A stretch of 64,000 nt of DNA, from contig CAWHBU010000002.1 of the NCBI GenBank assembly GCA_963827685.1, positions 832,001 through 896,000 on the forward strand, read 5' to 3'. Positions 8,825 through 19,531 of this stretch are shown here, in pieces (the stretch's first letter is position 1; each line of letters starts with the position of its first letter). Made by a program: the position numbers and the translations under genes. The notes under the pieces were generated by a model. That model ran no database searches. It had not been told where the DNA came from and saw only the letters and a list, made by a program, of their open reading frames with translations. This stretch comes from an uncultured delta proteobacterium. Lineage in GTDB: Bacteria > Desulfobacterota > BSN033 > UBA1163.

Positions 8825-10651
8825 TCACATGGTTTCAAAACCGAATATGGGTTTTTCTTCCTGACTCTTAATGGCTCCGAATTTACACACTTGATAACAG
8901 AGATGGCACCCCGGACATAGGCTCGCTTCAATGTGAGAAATGCCCTTTCGCTTCTTTCCATCCGCGGTCATCGCCATTTCCCCTTCCACCGATTGATAAG
9001 AGATGGCAGGACAACCCAAGTTGACACAGGTTTTACATCCAATACATTTGGTGGAATCAACTTGAAGAGGCTTGTTATATTTCTTAAAAGCCCTCCGAAG
9101 GAGCGTGCAAGGCCCTTCACTGATCACGAGAGAGGGTTCATCCTTTTCGAGTTCTTCCCCAATTACCCTTTCCGTCTCCTCTAAATTCCATGGATTTACT
9201 TTCCTGGGGTTTTCAATCCCAAGGACCCGGCCCAATTCAACGAAATCGATTCGGTGGGTTTTCTCTCCTCGAATGGTATATCCTGTTGCCGGATGCTCTT
9301 GCTGACCCGTCATGCCGGTTGTTCGGTTATCCAAAATGATCGTGGTCGTGGAACTCCTGTTATAACCAACGTTCATGAGAGGATGGACTCCTCCATGGAG
9401 GAATGTGGAATCTCCGATCACGCTAACGATCTTCCCATTTCCTTTATCTCCAAGTGCCTTTGCCATGCCATGGGCACCGCCAATACTCGATCCCATACAG
9501 ATATTGCTATTGATCACATTCAAAGGAGGATAAGCCCCTAAAGTGTAGCATCCGATGTCGCCGGCAGTAAAAACCTTTAACTTTCTTAAAACATGCATAA
9601 TTCCTCGGTGAGGGCATCCTGGACACAGATTGGGTGGTCTGGGAGGGAGAGGCTCTTTAAAGAAAGGCTTGGGCGGTCTAAATTTCTTCCCCAACATTCC
9701 TTTCTCAATGAGAAATGGGTTTAATTCACCACAGATGGGGAACAGGTTCTTCCCTCCTCTGGGTTTAAATCCCATTGCCAGGATATTTTCTTCCAGGAAA
9801 GGATCCAGCTCTTCAACGACATAAACCTTCTTTACCCTTTTAAAGAACTCACCGATCAGATTTTTGGGCAATGGCCATACCATCCCAAGCTTGAGGTAAG
9901 AATAATTTGGGAAAACCTCTTTTGCATATTGATAGGAGATCCCTGCGGAAATAATCCCGATCGTTGGGTCGTTGATCTCCATTCGATTTCCCGGAAATTG
10001 CTCAGCAAATTCCTTCAATCTGAGAAAACGCTCCTCGATAAAGGCGTGCCGAATTCGTGCAAAAGAAGGCAGCATGGTATATTTCGCTGTATCTTTCTTA
10101 ATCTCTATGGGGACCGGAGGAACGACCGGATCCTGCGTCGCCACAATGCCTTTCGCATGAGAGATTCGGGTCACACTCCTTACCATGACAGGGGTATCAA
10201 ATTTTTCACTGACCTCAAAACCCAATTTGATAACGTCCTTTGCTTCCTGGCTGTCACTCGGTTCAAACATGGGGACTTTTGCAAACCTGGCATAATGTCG
10301 ATTATCCTGCTCGTTCTGGGAACTGTAAAGTTCAGGATCGTCACAGGTAACGAGGACTAAGCCTCCGTTGACGCCCACATAGGAGAGCGTCATAAAAGGA
10401 TCTGCTGCCACATTGACCCCCACATGTTTCATCGATGCCATTGCCCTCGCGCCTGCCAGAGAAGCCCCTGCGGCGACTTCCAATGCCACCTTTTCATTAG
10501 GAGACCATTCCGCATAAATTCCCCTATATTCTCGGGCTATGGTTTCCAAAATTTCTGTGCTGGGTGTACCCGGGTAGGCAGCAGCTACTTTTACCCCGGC
10601 CTCAAAAGCACCCCTCGCCATGGCTTCATTTCCGCTCATTATCTTTTTCAT
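8825..10651 (-). CDS. iorA: Indolepyruvate:ferredoxin oxidoreductase alpha subunit
   Basis: YPGTPSTE, SSQNEQD, LCPGCPH, GDIGCY, GDSTF TPP motif and C-terminal 2x[4Fe-4S] motifs. Confidence 0.95.
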   Translation of the reverse strand: MKKIMSGNEAMARGAFEAGVKVAAAYPGTPSTEILETIAREYRGIYAEWSPNEKVALEVAAGASLAGARAMASMKHVGVNVAADPFMTLSYVGVNGGLVLVTCDDPELYSSQNEQDNRHYARFAKVPMFEPSDSQEAKDVIKLGFEVSEKFDTPVMVRSVTRISHAKGIVATQDPVVPPVPIEIKKDTAKYTMLPSFARIRHAFIEERFLRLKEFAEQFPGNRMEINDPTIGIISAGISYQYAKEVFPNYSYLKLGMVWPLPKNLIGEFFKRVKKVYVVEELDPFLEENILAMGFKPRGGKNLFPICGELNPFLIEKGMLGKKFRPPKPFFKEPLPPRPPNLCPGCPHRGIMHVLRKLKVFTAGDIGCYTLGAYPPLNVINSNICMGSSIGGAHGMAKALGDKGNGKIVSVIGDSTFLHGGVHPLMNVGYNRSSTTTIILDNRTTGMTGQQEHPATGYTIRGEKTHRIDFVELGRVLGIENPRKVNPWNLEETERVIGEELEKDEPSLVISEGPCTLLRRAFKKYNKPLQVDSTKCIGCKTCVNLGCPAISYQSVEGEMAMTADGKKRKGISHIEASLCPGCHLCYQVCKFGAIKSQEEKPIFGFETM

Positions 10652-10725
10652 CTATCACCCTTTAATCCAAGATCGAGCTTGGAATACGAATTCTTGTCAA
10701 GTGAAGTATCCGACTCACTCTCACT

Positions 10726-11427
10726 TCACTTTTCAAGATTGGAAATTTTTCTCAATACGATATTCGTCATTTCAGACTTCTGAGAAGCCGTTACAAACTT
10801 CCTGTAATTTTCGAGCGCCTCGTTATTTTTCCCCGACTTTTCATAACATCGACCCAGCCCTAAATAGGCATTCGCTGATTGGAAGCCTTCACCCAAATCG
10901 ACAATTTTTTGGTAAGTATTGATTGCCTTTTCATAATCCTTCTTACCTTCATAGGAATAACCGAGACCTTCCAAGGCAAATGATCGGTAAAGCTTTTCCC
11001 TCCCTGCTTTTTGGAGGAAGCTCTCATAGGTTTTCACGGCTTCTCCAAATTCACCTAACCTTAGAGCGATGTTCCCTTTATACAAAATAGCGATTTTCCC
11101 GGACGAAGTTCCCGCGAATTTTGTGATGACTTCATCAAATTTTTCCAAAACATTCTTATATTCTTGCGGAGATCCCTCTCGGTACGGAGAGTTAACCATC
11201 TGGTAAGTTTCCATGGCTATTCTAAACATCTGGTAAGCCTTTTCCTCATTTCCCCTTTCCCATTTTTGAAAGATAAAGACAGATAAGATGAGGATCAATA
11301 GAATCCCTCCCCCTGCTGCGATGGACTTGGAATGATGGCTGACAAAAAGAAAGGCTCTTTCGGTAAGGGTAATGAATTCATCAGGCTTTTTTAACTTCTT
11401 CTTTATAATCTTTTTTGCTCTGGTCAT
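10726..11427 (-). CDS. Membrane-anchored TPR protein (YfgM-like)
   Basis: Basic N-terminus, PDEF motif, single TM, several TPR helix pairs. Confidence 0.8.
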   Translation of the reverse strand: MTRAKKIIKKKLKKPDEFITLTERAFLFVSHHSKSIAAGGGILLILILSVFIFQKWERGNEEKAYQMFRIAMETYQMVNSPYREGSPQEYKNVLEKFDEVITKFAGTSSGKIAILYKGNIALRLGEFGEAVKTYESFLQKAGREKLYRSFALEGLGYSYEGKKDYEKAINTYQKIVDLGEGFQSANAYLGLGRCYEKSGKNNEALENYRKFVTASQKSEMTNIVLRKISNLEK

Positions 11428-11452
11428 CTCAAATCACCTTTCATGTATACAA

Positions 11453-13387
11453 TTATGATAACTTTTTTTCAAGACTTTGAGAAGCCCCCCTCAGCACTCT
11501 CTTCTCCCCTAATCGAAGTGTCAGTTTGATCTGATCGAAGTACTCAATCAATGGGATGACATATTTTCTTGAGGCCTTGGTCATTTCTTTAAATTGAGGG
11601 GTGGTGATCTCTTGGTGGCTCTTTAAATAGGTGACCAATTCCTCTTTCAAATTTTCGAAGGAGACTCGATGAAAATAGATTTCACCTTTAATCTTGACCA
11701 ATATTCCTTCATGACCGAGATGTTCAAAAATCGCTCGAACCTCTTCCTCTCTTTCAGACCATTCTTCTGACAATTCCCTTGGAGACGGCGGTTGAAGTCC
11801 TCCCTTCAAGACAGCTGCCTCCACCCGCTTGACCAAACCCTTCTCATCGGCAGATGAGACTTGGTGACCGGGAAGCCTCAACTTATCTTTTTCCAATACA
11901 AGCTCTTTCGATTGGATGAACTCATTGATGAGAATTTGAAAAAGTTTAACATCCACCTCTGGAGGAAGTTTTGTCCTCAACTCCTCTTTGGACAATCCGG
12001 ATTTCATCGGGAATTTCTGATGGAATTCCCTCAATTGTGTCAGAGCCAATTCCCTCAGCCCTTGATATTGTCCCCTCTCAATTACTTTCAGTTTTTCAGG
12101 ATCGATGAGCAGAAGAACTCCTTTTTCCGCCATCTTTCTGATGATCGACTGGACCTCACCGGGTGGCATCTCAACGCGGTTCAATAGGTCTTCCAAGGTA
12201 ATACCCCCCATCCTTGAATGATGAATATGCTGTAAGAGGGCTTGTTCACCCGTTCCGTCTTTGAGGAGACTCAGGTCAGTGATTACTGACGAAGAAAATC
12301 TTCTATGTTTGTCCGGATGACTGTCCAGAATAATCCCTCCTCCTACTGTTTGGATGGCAGCCGAGCCCCGGATGACAAAACGGTCCTTAGGCAAGGCCAC
12401 TACCGGCTGTTCCAATCTCAATTGAACGAATCCACTCTCTCCTGGAACCAATTCTTCCCGATCAAGGAGAAATATGGATGTATTAATGAGCGTTGTACCA
12501 ATATGAAACCTCTGTTTGGTACGGTGTTTCAAGGGCCGGGGGGCATCCGGCAAATACTCAAGATAAGCATCGATGAGTTGCGTAGGTCTAAGGGTATTCG
12601 GCCGAATGAGAACGTCCCCTCTCTCAATCGCCGAAGTTTCTATTCCCTGAAGGTTCACGGCTGTTCGTTCCCCTGCAACGGCTTTTTCAACACTCCTATT
12701 ATACACTTGGAGGTTTCTGACCTTCCCTTCTAAGCCAGAAGGAAGAGCTTGAACTGTCTCCCCTAAAGAAAGGCTCCCGGAGATCATGGTCCCTGTCACG
12801 ACTGTTCCAAAGCCTTTCATGATGAAGACGCGGTCGATCGGCAACCGGAATAAACCATCCGGAGACCTCCCTTCAATTTCTTTTGAGAGAAGATCAAGTG
12901 CAGAAATGAGTTGAGGAATTCCTTCCCCTGTCACAGAGGAAACGGCAAGGATCGGGGCACTTTTTAGAAAAGTATTCTCGACAATTTCAGACACTTCTTC
13001 TTTAACTAACTCTAACAATTCGCGATCAACCAGGTCAGTTTTGGTGAGAACGACCAGCCCCTTTTTCACTTTTAAAAGTCTACAGATATCTAAATGCTCT
13101 CTCGTCTGGGGCATGACTCCTTCATCCGCAGCGATGACCAAGGCAACCAGGTCGATCCCCCAAACCCCCGCCACCATATGCTTCACAAACTTTTCGTGGC
13201 CTGGCACATCAATAATCCCCAATTGTATCCCGCTGGGTAGGTCTAAAAAAGTGAATCCCAGTTCGATGGTGATCCCTCTTTCCTTTTCTTCTTTCAGTCT
13301 ATCTGTATCCACACCTGTCAGGGCTTTCACAAGAGCTGTTTTCCCATGATCGATATGTCCGGCAGTGCCAAGAATGACGTGTTTCAT
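11453..13387 (-). CDS. selB: Selenocysteine-specific translation elongation factor
   Basis: [32 protein letters not shown] and C-terminal winged helix with [13 protein letters not shown]. Confidence 0.97.
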   Translation of the reverse strand: MKHVILGTAGHIDHGKTALVKALTGVDTDRLKEEKERGITIELGFTFLDLPSGIQLGIIDVPGHEKFVKHMVAGVWGIDLVALVIAADEGVMPQTREHLDICRLLKVKKGLVVLTKTDLVDRELLELVKEEVSEIVENTFLKSAPILAVSSVTGEGIPQLISALDLLSKEIEGRSPDGLFRLPIDRVFIMKGFGTVVTGTMISGSLSLGETVQALPSGLEGKVRNLQVYNRSVEKAVAGERTAVNLQGIETSAIERGDVLIRPNTLRPTQLIDAYLEYLPDAPRPLKHRTKQRFHIGTTLINTSIFLLDREELVPGESGFVQLRLEQPVVALPKDRFVIRGSAAIQTVGGGIILDSHPDKHRRFSSSVITDLSLLKDGTGEQALLQHIHHSRMGGITLEDLLNRVEMPPGEVQSIIRKMAEKGVLLLIDPEKLKVIERGQYQGLRELALTQLREFHQKFPMKSGLSKEELRTKLPPEVDVKLFQILINEFIQSKELVLEKDKLRLPGHQVSSADEKGLVKRVEAAVLKGGLQPPSPRELSEEWSEREEEVRAIFEHLGHEGILVKIKGEIYFHRVSFENLKEELVTYLKSHQEITTPQFKEMTKASRKYVIPLIEYFDQIKLTLRLGEKRVLRGASQSLEKKLS

Positions 13388-13887
13388 CAGCCACCCCTAC
13401 AATGAATGCTTCCAAGCGATCACTAAACATAACAAAAAGCCTTCCATCTTTCAATTCCATTTCTTTCTCCCTCCTACAATAGGCAATCCGGCCCAAGAAA
13501 GACAAGCCTCTCAGAAAAATCGAGGGATGGGTCCTTTCAGGGAAGTCCGGATTTAGTGAACGGGAATAATACATCCTTCCCCACGATAGAACTTGCTTAG
13601 GATTCCCGTGTGGAACTCATTCTTTTGTCGATTTCATCGCCATCTCCACATGATGAGTGGAGCAATTGGTTTAGGATCAAGGGAAAAAGGGCGGTGCCAC
13701 CCTCGGATGCAGGGAAATCAAGGCTTGGAAGAGCAGGTTCTCCCGATGTGTAAATCCTGTGGAAAAAAATATTTTAGTGTTACGCACTTCTTCAATTCCC
13801 TTAGATAATCAATTTTTAGGATAAAGCGATTAAAAAGATCGTGTGAGATTTCAATAGGTTACAATTTTGTGGTTTATGCCAAAGAAA

Positions 13888-13903
13888 ACACAACATCTTG
13901 TGG
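13888..13903. promoter_or_regulatory. NrdR-box-like palindrome
   Basis: ACACAACATCTTGTGG resembles the consensus acaCwAtATaTwGtgt; no nrd gene adjacent. Confidence 0.35.
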
Positions 13904-13991
13904 CTTAAGAGATGAGTTTCAAAGCTTCGATGTTCATAACCTGTTTATACGCTGTCTTTCATATAGCCTATTCCTGTTTCCTTCAGATAAC

Positions 13992-14026
13992 AAAAGAGGA
14001 GAGAATTTCATCTTTCTCCCCTCTTT
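13992..14026 (-). terminator. Intrinsic terminator downstream of hup
   Basis: Minus strand AAAGAGGGGAGAA-loop-TTCTCTCCTCTTTT. Confidence 0.65.
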
Positions 14027-14062
14027 CTCAAACCCATAAAACGGGATTTAGTTTATTAAGGA

Positions 14063-14335
14063 TTACTTTACTGCGCCCTTGAGCAGATTACCCGGCTTGA
14101 ATTTTGCCACTCTGGTGGCAGGAATCTTAATTTCCTTTCCGGTTTGTGGATTCCTCCCTGTTCTTGCCCTCCTCTTCGCCACAGAGAAGGTTCCAAATCC
14201 AGTCAGGGCCAACTTATCTCCCTTTTTTAATGCCTTCATCACCGTATTGGAAAATGCATTGAGGGCTTTTTCAGCCGACGCTTTCGAGATTTTGGCCTCC
14301 TTCCCTATGCTGGCGATCAACTCCGCCTTCGTCAT
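14063..14335 (-). CDS. hup: DNA-binding protein HU
   Basis: MTKAELI, GFGTFSV and RTGRNPQTG; strong SD AGGAGGTG. Confidence 0.97.
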   Translation of the reverse strand: MTKAELIASIGKEAKISKASAEKALNAFSNTVMKALKKGDKLALTGFGTFSVAKRRARTGRNPQTGKEIKIPATRVAKFKPGNLLKGAVK

Positions 14336-14483
14336 TTAAATCACCTCCTTTTTTTGGGTGTAATATTTTCTATAATAAAATGGTATCGGGTTACTCAAAA
14401 CGATGCCCATCATAGCCCATCGATATTTTAAAAGTCAAGTCTTTATTTTCAAAAATTAGATCTTCTTATCAAGGGGTCTTCCA

Positions 14484-15635
14484 TCATATAAACGACTCCG
14501 TTAATTCAGAAAGGACTTCCTCAACGCCTCCTGGTCTCTCTGATTCAATCTGTTGAAGGACCCTTTCCACCTGATTCCTGAGTTCCGGTTTGGAAAGGTC
14601 CTCGACCGACTGATAGATTCCCACCCTCCTTCCCAATCGAAAGCTATCCTTTTCTTCTTTGGAAAGCGAAAGATAGCGGTCAATGAGATTTAACATCTTT
14701 TCTTTCTCCTCCGGAAGCTTTCCTTCCACTTCTTGGAGGAGGTTCAAGATGTGATCACTCACAAAGGTACTTGTGATGCCCTCTAAATGTTCGATCAAAA
14801 GCCTTTCTTCTTCTATGATCTCATCATCGCTCATTAGTATGAATTCACCTTTTTCGATTTTCTGGTAAAGGAGCATCGTTTTTAAGACTTTCAGTGTTCG
14901 AACCCGAATAAAGTCGGGGTCAATCTGACTAAGAACCTTCGCCGTTTCCATGGCGTGTTCCCGCCACATCCCTCTCCCTCCCAACCCAAGGATCACATAT
15001 TCTGAAAGGGAGATCCCAGACTCCTTCACCCTTCTTCCCGCCTCGATATGTTCTTGAGCCGTTACTCCCTTTTTGATATATTGAAGGAGAGGATCGTATC
15101 CAGTCTCTAAACCAATATGAATTCTGGAAAGCCCGGCGCGGCGAAGATCCTGAAGCTCCTCAACCTTCTTTTTTGAAACCGTTTTGGCCCGGGCGTAAGT
15201 GGTCATCCTTTCGATAGCCGGGAAGGCTTTTTTCAAATATTTCAATATCTCAACTAATTCACTGGTTCTGAGAATCAGGTTGTCTCCGTCTTGAAGAAAG
15301 ACATTCCTCCCACCGTTGTATAGCCACAAAGCCACACTGCGAAAGCCGTCTGAATCGTGTTTTGGATCCTGCAAAATGAGATTGACAAGGGGAACGGTTA
15401 TCTCTCCTGCGAATCCATATCTCCAGGACAGGGCTCTTATCTCTGAAACAATCTCTTGAACGACGTCGATATCCTGCTTTACCTCTTCCGCGGTCCTCAT
15501 ACTAAATTTTTCTTCCTTGTAGGTATGGCAAAATTCACAACGATTCCAAGGACAATTCCTTGTTACCCTTAGGAGAAGGCTATAGGCTTCACTCGGAGGA
15601 CGGATAGGACCTTGTTCAAAATGAAGTTTTGTCAT
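14484..15635 (-). CDS. Radical SAM protein
   Basis: RPPSEA motif followed by CPWNRCEFC Cys cluster, HIGLETG and SDHILN; start may be 15668. Confidence 0.88.
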   Translation of the reverse strand: MTKLHFEQGPIRPPSEAYSLLLRVTRNCPWNRCEFCHTYKEEKFSMRTAEEVKQDIDVVQEIVSEIRALSWRYGFAGEITVPLVNLILQDPKHDSDGFRSVALWLYNGGRNVFLQDGDNLILRTSELVEILKYLKKAFPAIERMTTYARAKTVSKKKVEELQDLRRAGLSRIHIGLETGYDPLLQYIKKGVTAQEHIEAGRRVKESGISLSEYVILGLGGRGMWREHAMETAKVLSQIDPDFIRVRTLKVLKTMLLYQKIEKGEFILMSDDEIIEEERLLIEHLEGITSTFVSDHILNLLQEVEGKLPEEKEKMLNLIDRYLSLSKEEKDSFRLGRRVGIYQSVEDLSKPELRNQVERVLQQIESERPGGVEEVLSELTESFI

Positions 15636-15757
15636 CAAATCGGACTCCAAATTATTCCTTTCAAACATCCGCGACTCTAAAGCTTCCGAAGCTGGTCACC
15701 TGTCCCACAGCGCGATTGCGACACAGCCTCATCGGGGAGAGAGGGGGTGAAATGGGG

Positions 15758-16291
15758 TTAAAGATGCTGAAGGGCATTGGGGTTGATCTGTAAAATAAAA
15801 AAGATTTTATTCTCAATTCCATAGATCTCTTTTTCCAAATGCTCTAAATAATCCATGGCTCTCTGATGTGTACCATATCTTTCTTTGAGATCGCTAAACC
15901 TCTCCTCTAGTGAAACAATCCGATCGTGCATCACACGTTTATCTGCGTAATTCACGATTTCCTCTTCAGAGACCGACGAAGCCTCTCCCTCTTTCCTCAA
16001 CCGAATATGTTGTGCCACGACTTCTCCTACCCTTTCATAACCCATCCCCTTTAATAACTGAGAGCCTGTCTGGGCGTGGTCTTCCTTTGTCATGAGGCAC
16101 TCTGTTTTCGTAAGGTCATGCAATAAAGAGGCTGCTTCCACTAAACCGAGATCAATCCTTTGGCCCTTTCTATTTAATTCCACGGATAGAAAAAGGGCTA
16201 CTCTTGCCACCTCGAGGCTGTGACGAATAATATTCTCCAGCATTCCATATTGCCCCATCAGCCTCAAGCATTCTTCTTTGGTAGGAATCAT
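15758..16291 (-). CDS. HD-domain (HDIG-type) metal-dependent phosphohydrolase
   Basis: H...LLHDLTK...H...H...YADKRV; likely start MIPTKEEC, because the upstream in-frame 52 codons are mostly a repeat element. Confidence 0.85.
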   Translation of the reverse strand: MIPTKEECLRLMGQYGMLENIIRHSLEVARVALFLSVELNRKGQRIDLGLVEAASLLHDLTKTECLMTKEDHAQTGSQLLKGMGYERVGEVVAQHIRLRKEGEASSVSEEEIVNYADKRVMHDRIVSLEERFSDLKERYGTHQRAMDYLEHLEKEIYGIENKIFFILQINPNALQHL

Positions 16292-16308
16292 CTCTATGGG
16301 CAGTCTCG

Positions 16309-16447
16309 TGGCCGGAACGAGCCCCGCAAGCCCCGTCCCGCCCTTGGCGGGATAGGCGGGGTTAAGGGGCACAATATGAATGATATTACAGTGCGGGAAG
16401 CCCCGCCGTGCCGGTCCCGTCCTGACGGGATGGGCGGGGAGCCTCAC
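16309..16447 (-). repeat. Family A structured repeat, copy 2
   Basis: Reverse complement aligns to 7094-7242; begins at the nitroreductase stop codon. Confidence 0.85.
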
Positions 16448-16974
16448 TACCTTCTCAAAAAAACGGTTTTCTCCAGGGGGTCTCTTTCTCCTTCGCCTGG
16501 TCTTTTGGCTGGGTGGCCGAATGCCACAATGGCCATCAATTCTAAATCCTTACCTACCCCTAATAACTCCCCCACCTTCTCTTTATTCTTTAAAATCTCT
16601 CCCAACCACACTGCTCCTAATCCCAGGGAATGAATAGTGAGAAGCATGTTTTGAATGCAGGCTCCTACTGCCTGGACATCCTTTGTTCTGTCATAAACTC
16701 TCGAATGATCCAAAAAAACGGCGACGCAAACCGGAGCCCCCTGGATGATGGATCGAGAATGCGTAAGACCGGCTAAGGACTCTTTCAACATCGGGTTCTG
16801 AATGGTGGCAAACTTCCAAGGCTGGTTGTTCTTCCCGGAGGGAGCCGACAAACCTGATTCGAGAATTTGATCCAAGACTTCATCCGAAACCGATTCCTTG
16901 GTAAACTGACGGATGGATCTTCTCGCTCTGATGGCTTCGATGACTGGATTCTTAGATCCCATCTTCTTACTCAT
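16447..16974 (-). CDS. Nitroreductase family protein
   Basis: RRSIRQF, APSGKNNQPW and QNMLL...GLGAVW. Confidence 0.92.
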   Translation of the reverse strand: MSKKMGSKNPVIEAIRARRSIRQFTKESVSDEVLDQILESGLSAPSGKNNQPWKFATIQNPMLKESLAGLTHSRSIIQGAPVCVAVFLDHSRVYDRTKDVQAVGACIQNMLLTIHSLGLGAVWLGEILKNKEKVGELLGVGKDLELMAIVAFGHPAKRPGEGERDPLEKTVFLRR

Positions 16975-17046
16975 GATTTTATCTGCAAGGGTTTAGCCGG
17001 TTCTTATTCTAAATCTTGGCCTGAGCCTCAAGCTTAACCGGTGTTG

Positions 17047-18183
17047 TTAGGAATTTATTGTTTCATCCTGTTTTTCTTTGAATGGCAACGACGGCTGGCT
17101 TTCAATCTGATCCAATTTAAAACTAAATTTGTCCAATCGTCTTCTGGCTTCCTCAAACTTATTCAGGGCATTCGTTAGATGTTTTCCCACCAATTGAAAA
17201 TCCTCTTGAAAGCCTCCTATGTCTTTTTTCAGACCCGACAGTAAAGCCTGTATCTTCAGAGCATCCTTCTCGATCTGTAATCCTTTTAGCCCGAGGATGA
17301 TCACTTGGAGATAGGCATAGAAAGAGTTTGGAGACACAGGGATCACCCTTTTAGTCAATGCGTAGTTTAAGACACCTTTCTCTTCCCCGAACGACTCATC
17401 CTTGGTGATCGTTTCATAATAGACATTTTCTGCGGGGATGTAGAGCAAGGCGAAATCGTAGGTTCCTTCTTGAGGGAGAATATACTTATTGGCAATGTCG
17501 TCAATATGTTTCTTCACATCTCTGTAAAAAATCTTCTGACATGTTTTCCTCTCTTCATCCGTTTTGCATTCGATGACCCGTTTGAAATTGTCGAGGGGAA
17601 ACTTCGAATCGATGGGAACGAGTTTTTCTCCTATTTTCACTACCGCATCCACCCTCTCCCCGCTCAAAAAAGTGTGCTGAAGAGTGAAGAATTCGGGCGG
17701 GAGAATCTGGGATAACAATTCTCCCAAAAATTGTTCCCCCAATCCTCCCCTTAATTTAGGAGGCCGAAGGATTTCCTGAAGGGTGGCAATATTTTTTCCA
17801 ACTTCATGGATCTGTTCACTGGTCTTGGAGAGCTCCCCAAGCTTTTCACTCACCTTACTAATCACTTCTCTTGCGCTGTCCAGTCGTTGACCGATCTGCC
17901 CACTGGAGTTCTGAAGTTGTTGGTTCACCAGCTGAAGTTGTTGGTTCACCTGTTCATTGATCGCTCTCAACTGTTCGGTGAGGAGAGAAATATTCTTATT
18001 GAGCCCATCGCCCATCTGCCCTCTTAATTGTTCCATTTGCTGTTGCATCAGGGCCCACATCGGTTGAGAAGATGAATCTACTTTGATCTCCTCGAGCCTC
18101 TTCCTCCACCTCTGTTCCATCAAGAAAAAGAGAGCCACTACCACAGCACCGATTAGACCTAAAAGCAAATAGACCCCCTGCAT
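17047..18183 (-). CDS. rmuC: DNA recombination protein RmuC
   Basis: N-terminal TM, coiled coil, RG.LGE, IDSKFP, KYI and FALLYIP.E. Confidence 0.92.
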   Translation of the reverse strand: MQGVYLLLGLIGAVVVALFFLMEQRWRKRLEEIKVDSSSQPMWALMQQQMEQLRGQMGDGLNKNISLLTEQLRAINEQVNQQLQLVNQQLQNSSGQIGQRLDSAREVISKVSEKLGELSKTSEQIHEVGKNIATLQEILRPPKLRGGLGEQFLGELLSQILPPEFFTLQHTFLSGERVDAVVKIGEKLVPIDSKFPLDNFKRVIECKTDEERKTCQKIFYRDVKKHIDDIANKYILPQEGTYDFALLYIPAENVYYETITKDESFGEEKGVLNYALTKRVIPVSPNSFYAYLQVIILGLKGLQIEKDALKIQALLSGLKKDIGGFQEDFQLVGKHLTNALNKFEEARRRLDKFSFKLDQIESQPSLPFKEKQDETINS

Positions 18184-18211
18184 TCTTACTCCTTAGGAGT
18201 GGCGTTCTCTA

Positions 18212-19354
18212 TCACGGATGTCGAATGATGAGATGCCCTTCTACCTTCTTCTTTATGAGATTCGTGATGAAGATACTCCAAACACTCTCTTTCTCAGCTT
18301 CTTCAAAAAGGACGGGAAATTCTACTTTGAGGGGGCTCTTCCCTGTGAGGGTATAAATTCCATCGACGCTTCCCGATTTCTTGAAAGAAAGCATCAGGGA
18401 GGAACTACCCCATTCGCATCTTGCCTCGATCGTCACCTTTTCTGTTTGAGCTTTACTCCGGAGTCGGGGGGCGGAAAAAGAAAAAGAGAATTCTTCTTTT
18501 CCCTGAGGCCTGATCTTAAACGGAAAGAGGATGAATGTCCTCTCAAGGGTATTATTTTCTAAACGGATATCATCGGAGGGCAACTCCGGAGAGATAGAAA
18601 CCTTCACTTTGGAAATCCCGGCAATAACTACCTGATAAGGAGGGGCGACCATGTAACGATTCTTAAGATTGGCCTTTAATGCCTCAGAGATAAAATGGTC
18701 GAACTCCGACATCTTCTGGTCGTTCACAAACACCTGAATCTGAAAGATGGCGCCCTTCCGGAGATCGACTTCACCGGCATTGGACAGGATGATCATGAGT
18801 TCCAAATCCTCTGTCAAATCCAAATCTTCCACCACGATGTCCGGTCCAACGGGAAGGCCATCCAATGTCTTTTTTTGGCCCTCATTCTCCTCAATGGTGG
18901 GGTCGGGAACAATGGGTTTGGCCTCTAATTTTTCTTTTCCTAAAACCTTAGGGAAGACATTACTCAATTTATTTTCTTCAACCGTCTTCTCTTCCTTATC
19001 CAGAACGGCCCGGACCTCGTGCCTACCGGCCAACTCAATCGGAGTGGTGTAGAGGGTAGACCCTCCTGGCTCAAGAAAGCTCTGATCCGGAAAGGTTCCA
19101 AGGGAGTCTTTCCATTTTAAAAGACCATCTACGTAAATCGCCAAACTCCCAACCCCATTGGGAGCAGGCCCCTTCCCAGTATTTGAAAGCATAACCTCTA
19201 TCTTTCCAGTCTCACTTAAAGAAATATCCGAAATGGTAAGGTGCGGGAGGAGAACAGGTTGAGGTGGAGCGGGAGGAGGTTGAGTAGTGACTTGGGCTGC
19301 ACAACTGAAGAGAAGGACAGAAACGGCGAAGATTGCAGTCGCCCTTTTAAACAT
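18212..19354 (-). CDS. Lipoprotein with two CARDB-like Ig-fold repeats
   Basis: Lipobox LFSC; two repeats of the pattern PD/HL.I.D...LSN.G...E.N. Confidence 0.65.
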   Translation of the reverse strand: MFKRATAIFAVSVLLFSCAAQVTTQPPPAPPQPVLLPHLTISDISLSETGKIEVMLSNTGKGPAPNGVGSLAIYVDGLLKWKDSLGTFPDQSFLEPGGSTLYTTPIELAGRHEVRAVLDKEEKTVEENKLSNVFPKVLGKEKLEAKPIVPDPTIEENEGQKKTLDGLPVGPDIVVEDLDLTEDLELMIILSNAGEVDLRKGAIFQIQVFVNDQKMSEFDHFISEALKANLKNRYMVAPPYQVVIAGISKVKVSISPELPSDDIRLENNTLERTFILFPFKIRPQGKEEFSFSFSAPRLRSKAQTEKVTIEARCEWGSSSLMLSFKKSGSVDGIYTLTGKSPLKVEFPVLFEEAEKESVWSIFITNLIKKKVEGHLIIRHP

Positions 19355-19531
19355 GAAAGAAATTTAACCTCCCTGGGAATCAAAATAACGTAACACACAG
19401 CGGAATGCAAGGGGTTTTTCCGTCTTTTGTTTGATCTTATTAGGCATTTCGATATATCATTATTACTGAGTTGCACCGTTCAGGCATGTCTGGGTTCATA
19501 CCATCTTAAATTCTATCCATGGAGGTAGCTC

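Noticed and set aside
13388-14062. tRNA-Sec (selC) next to selB
   Set aside because: No cloverleaf with a TCA anticodon, T-loop GTTCGA and CCA end could be traced
15714-15750. ATTGCGACACAGCCTC plus a G-rich half-palindrome as a mobile element end
   Set aside because: No partner end within the window; at most a repeat remnant
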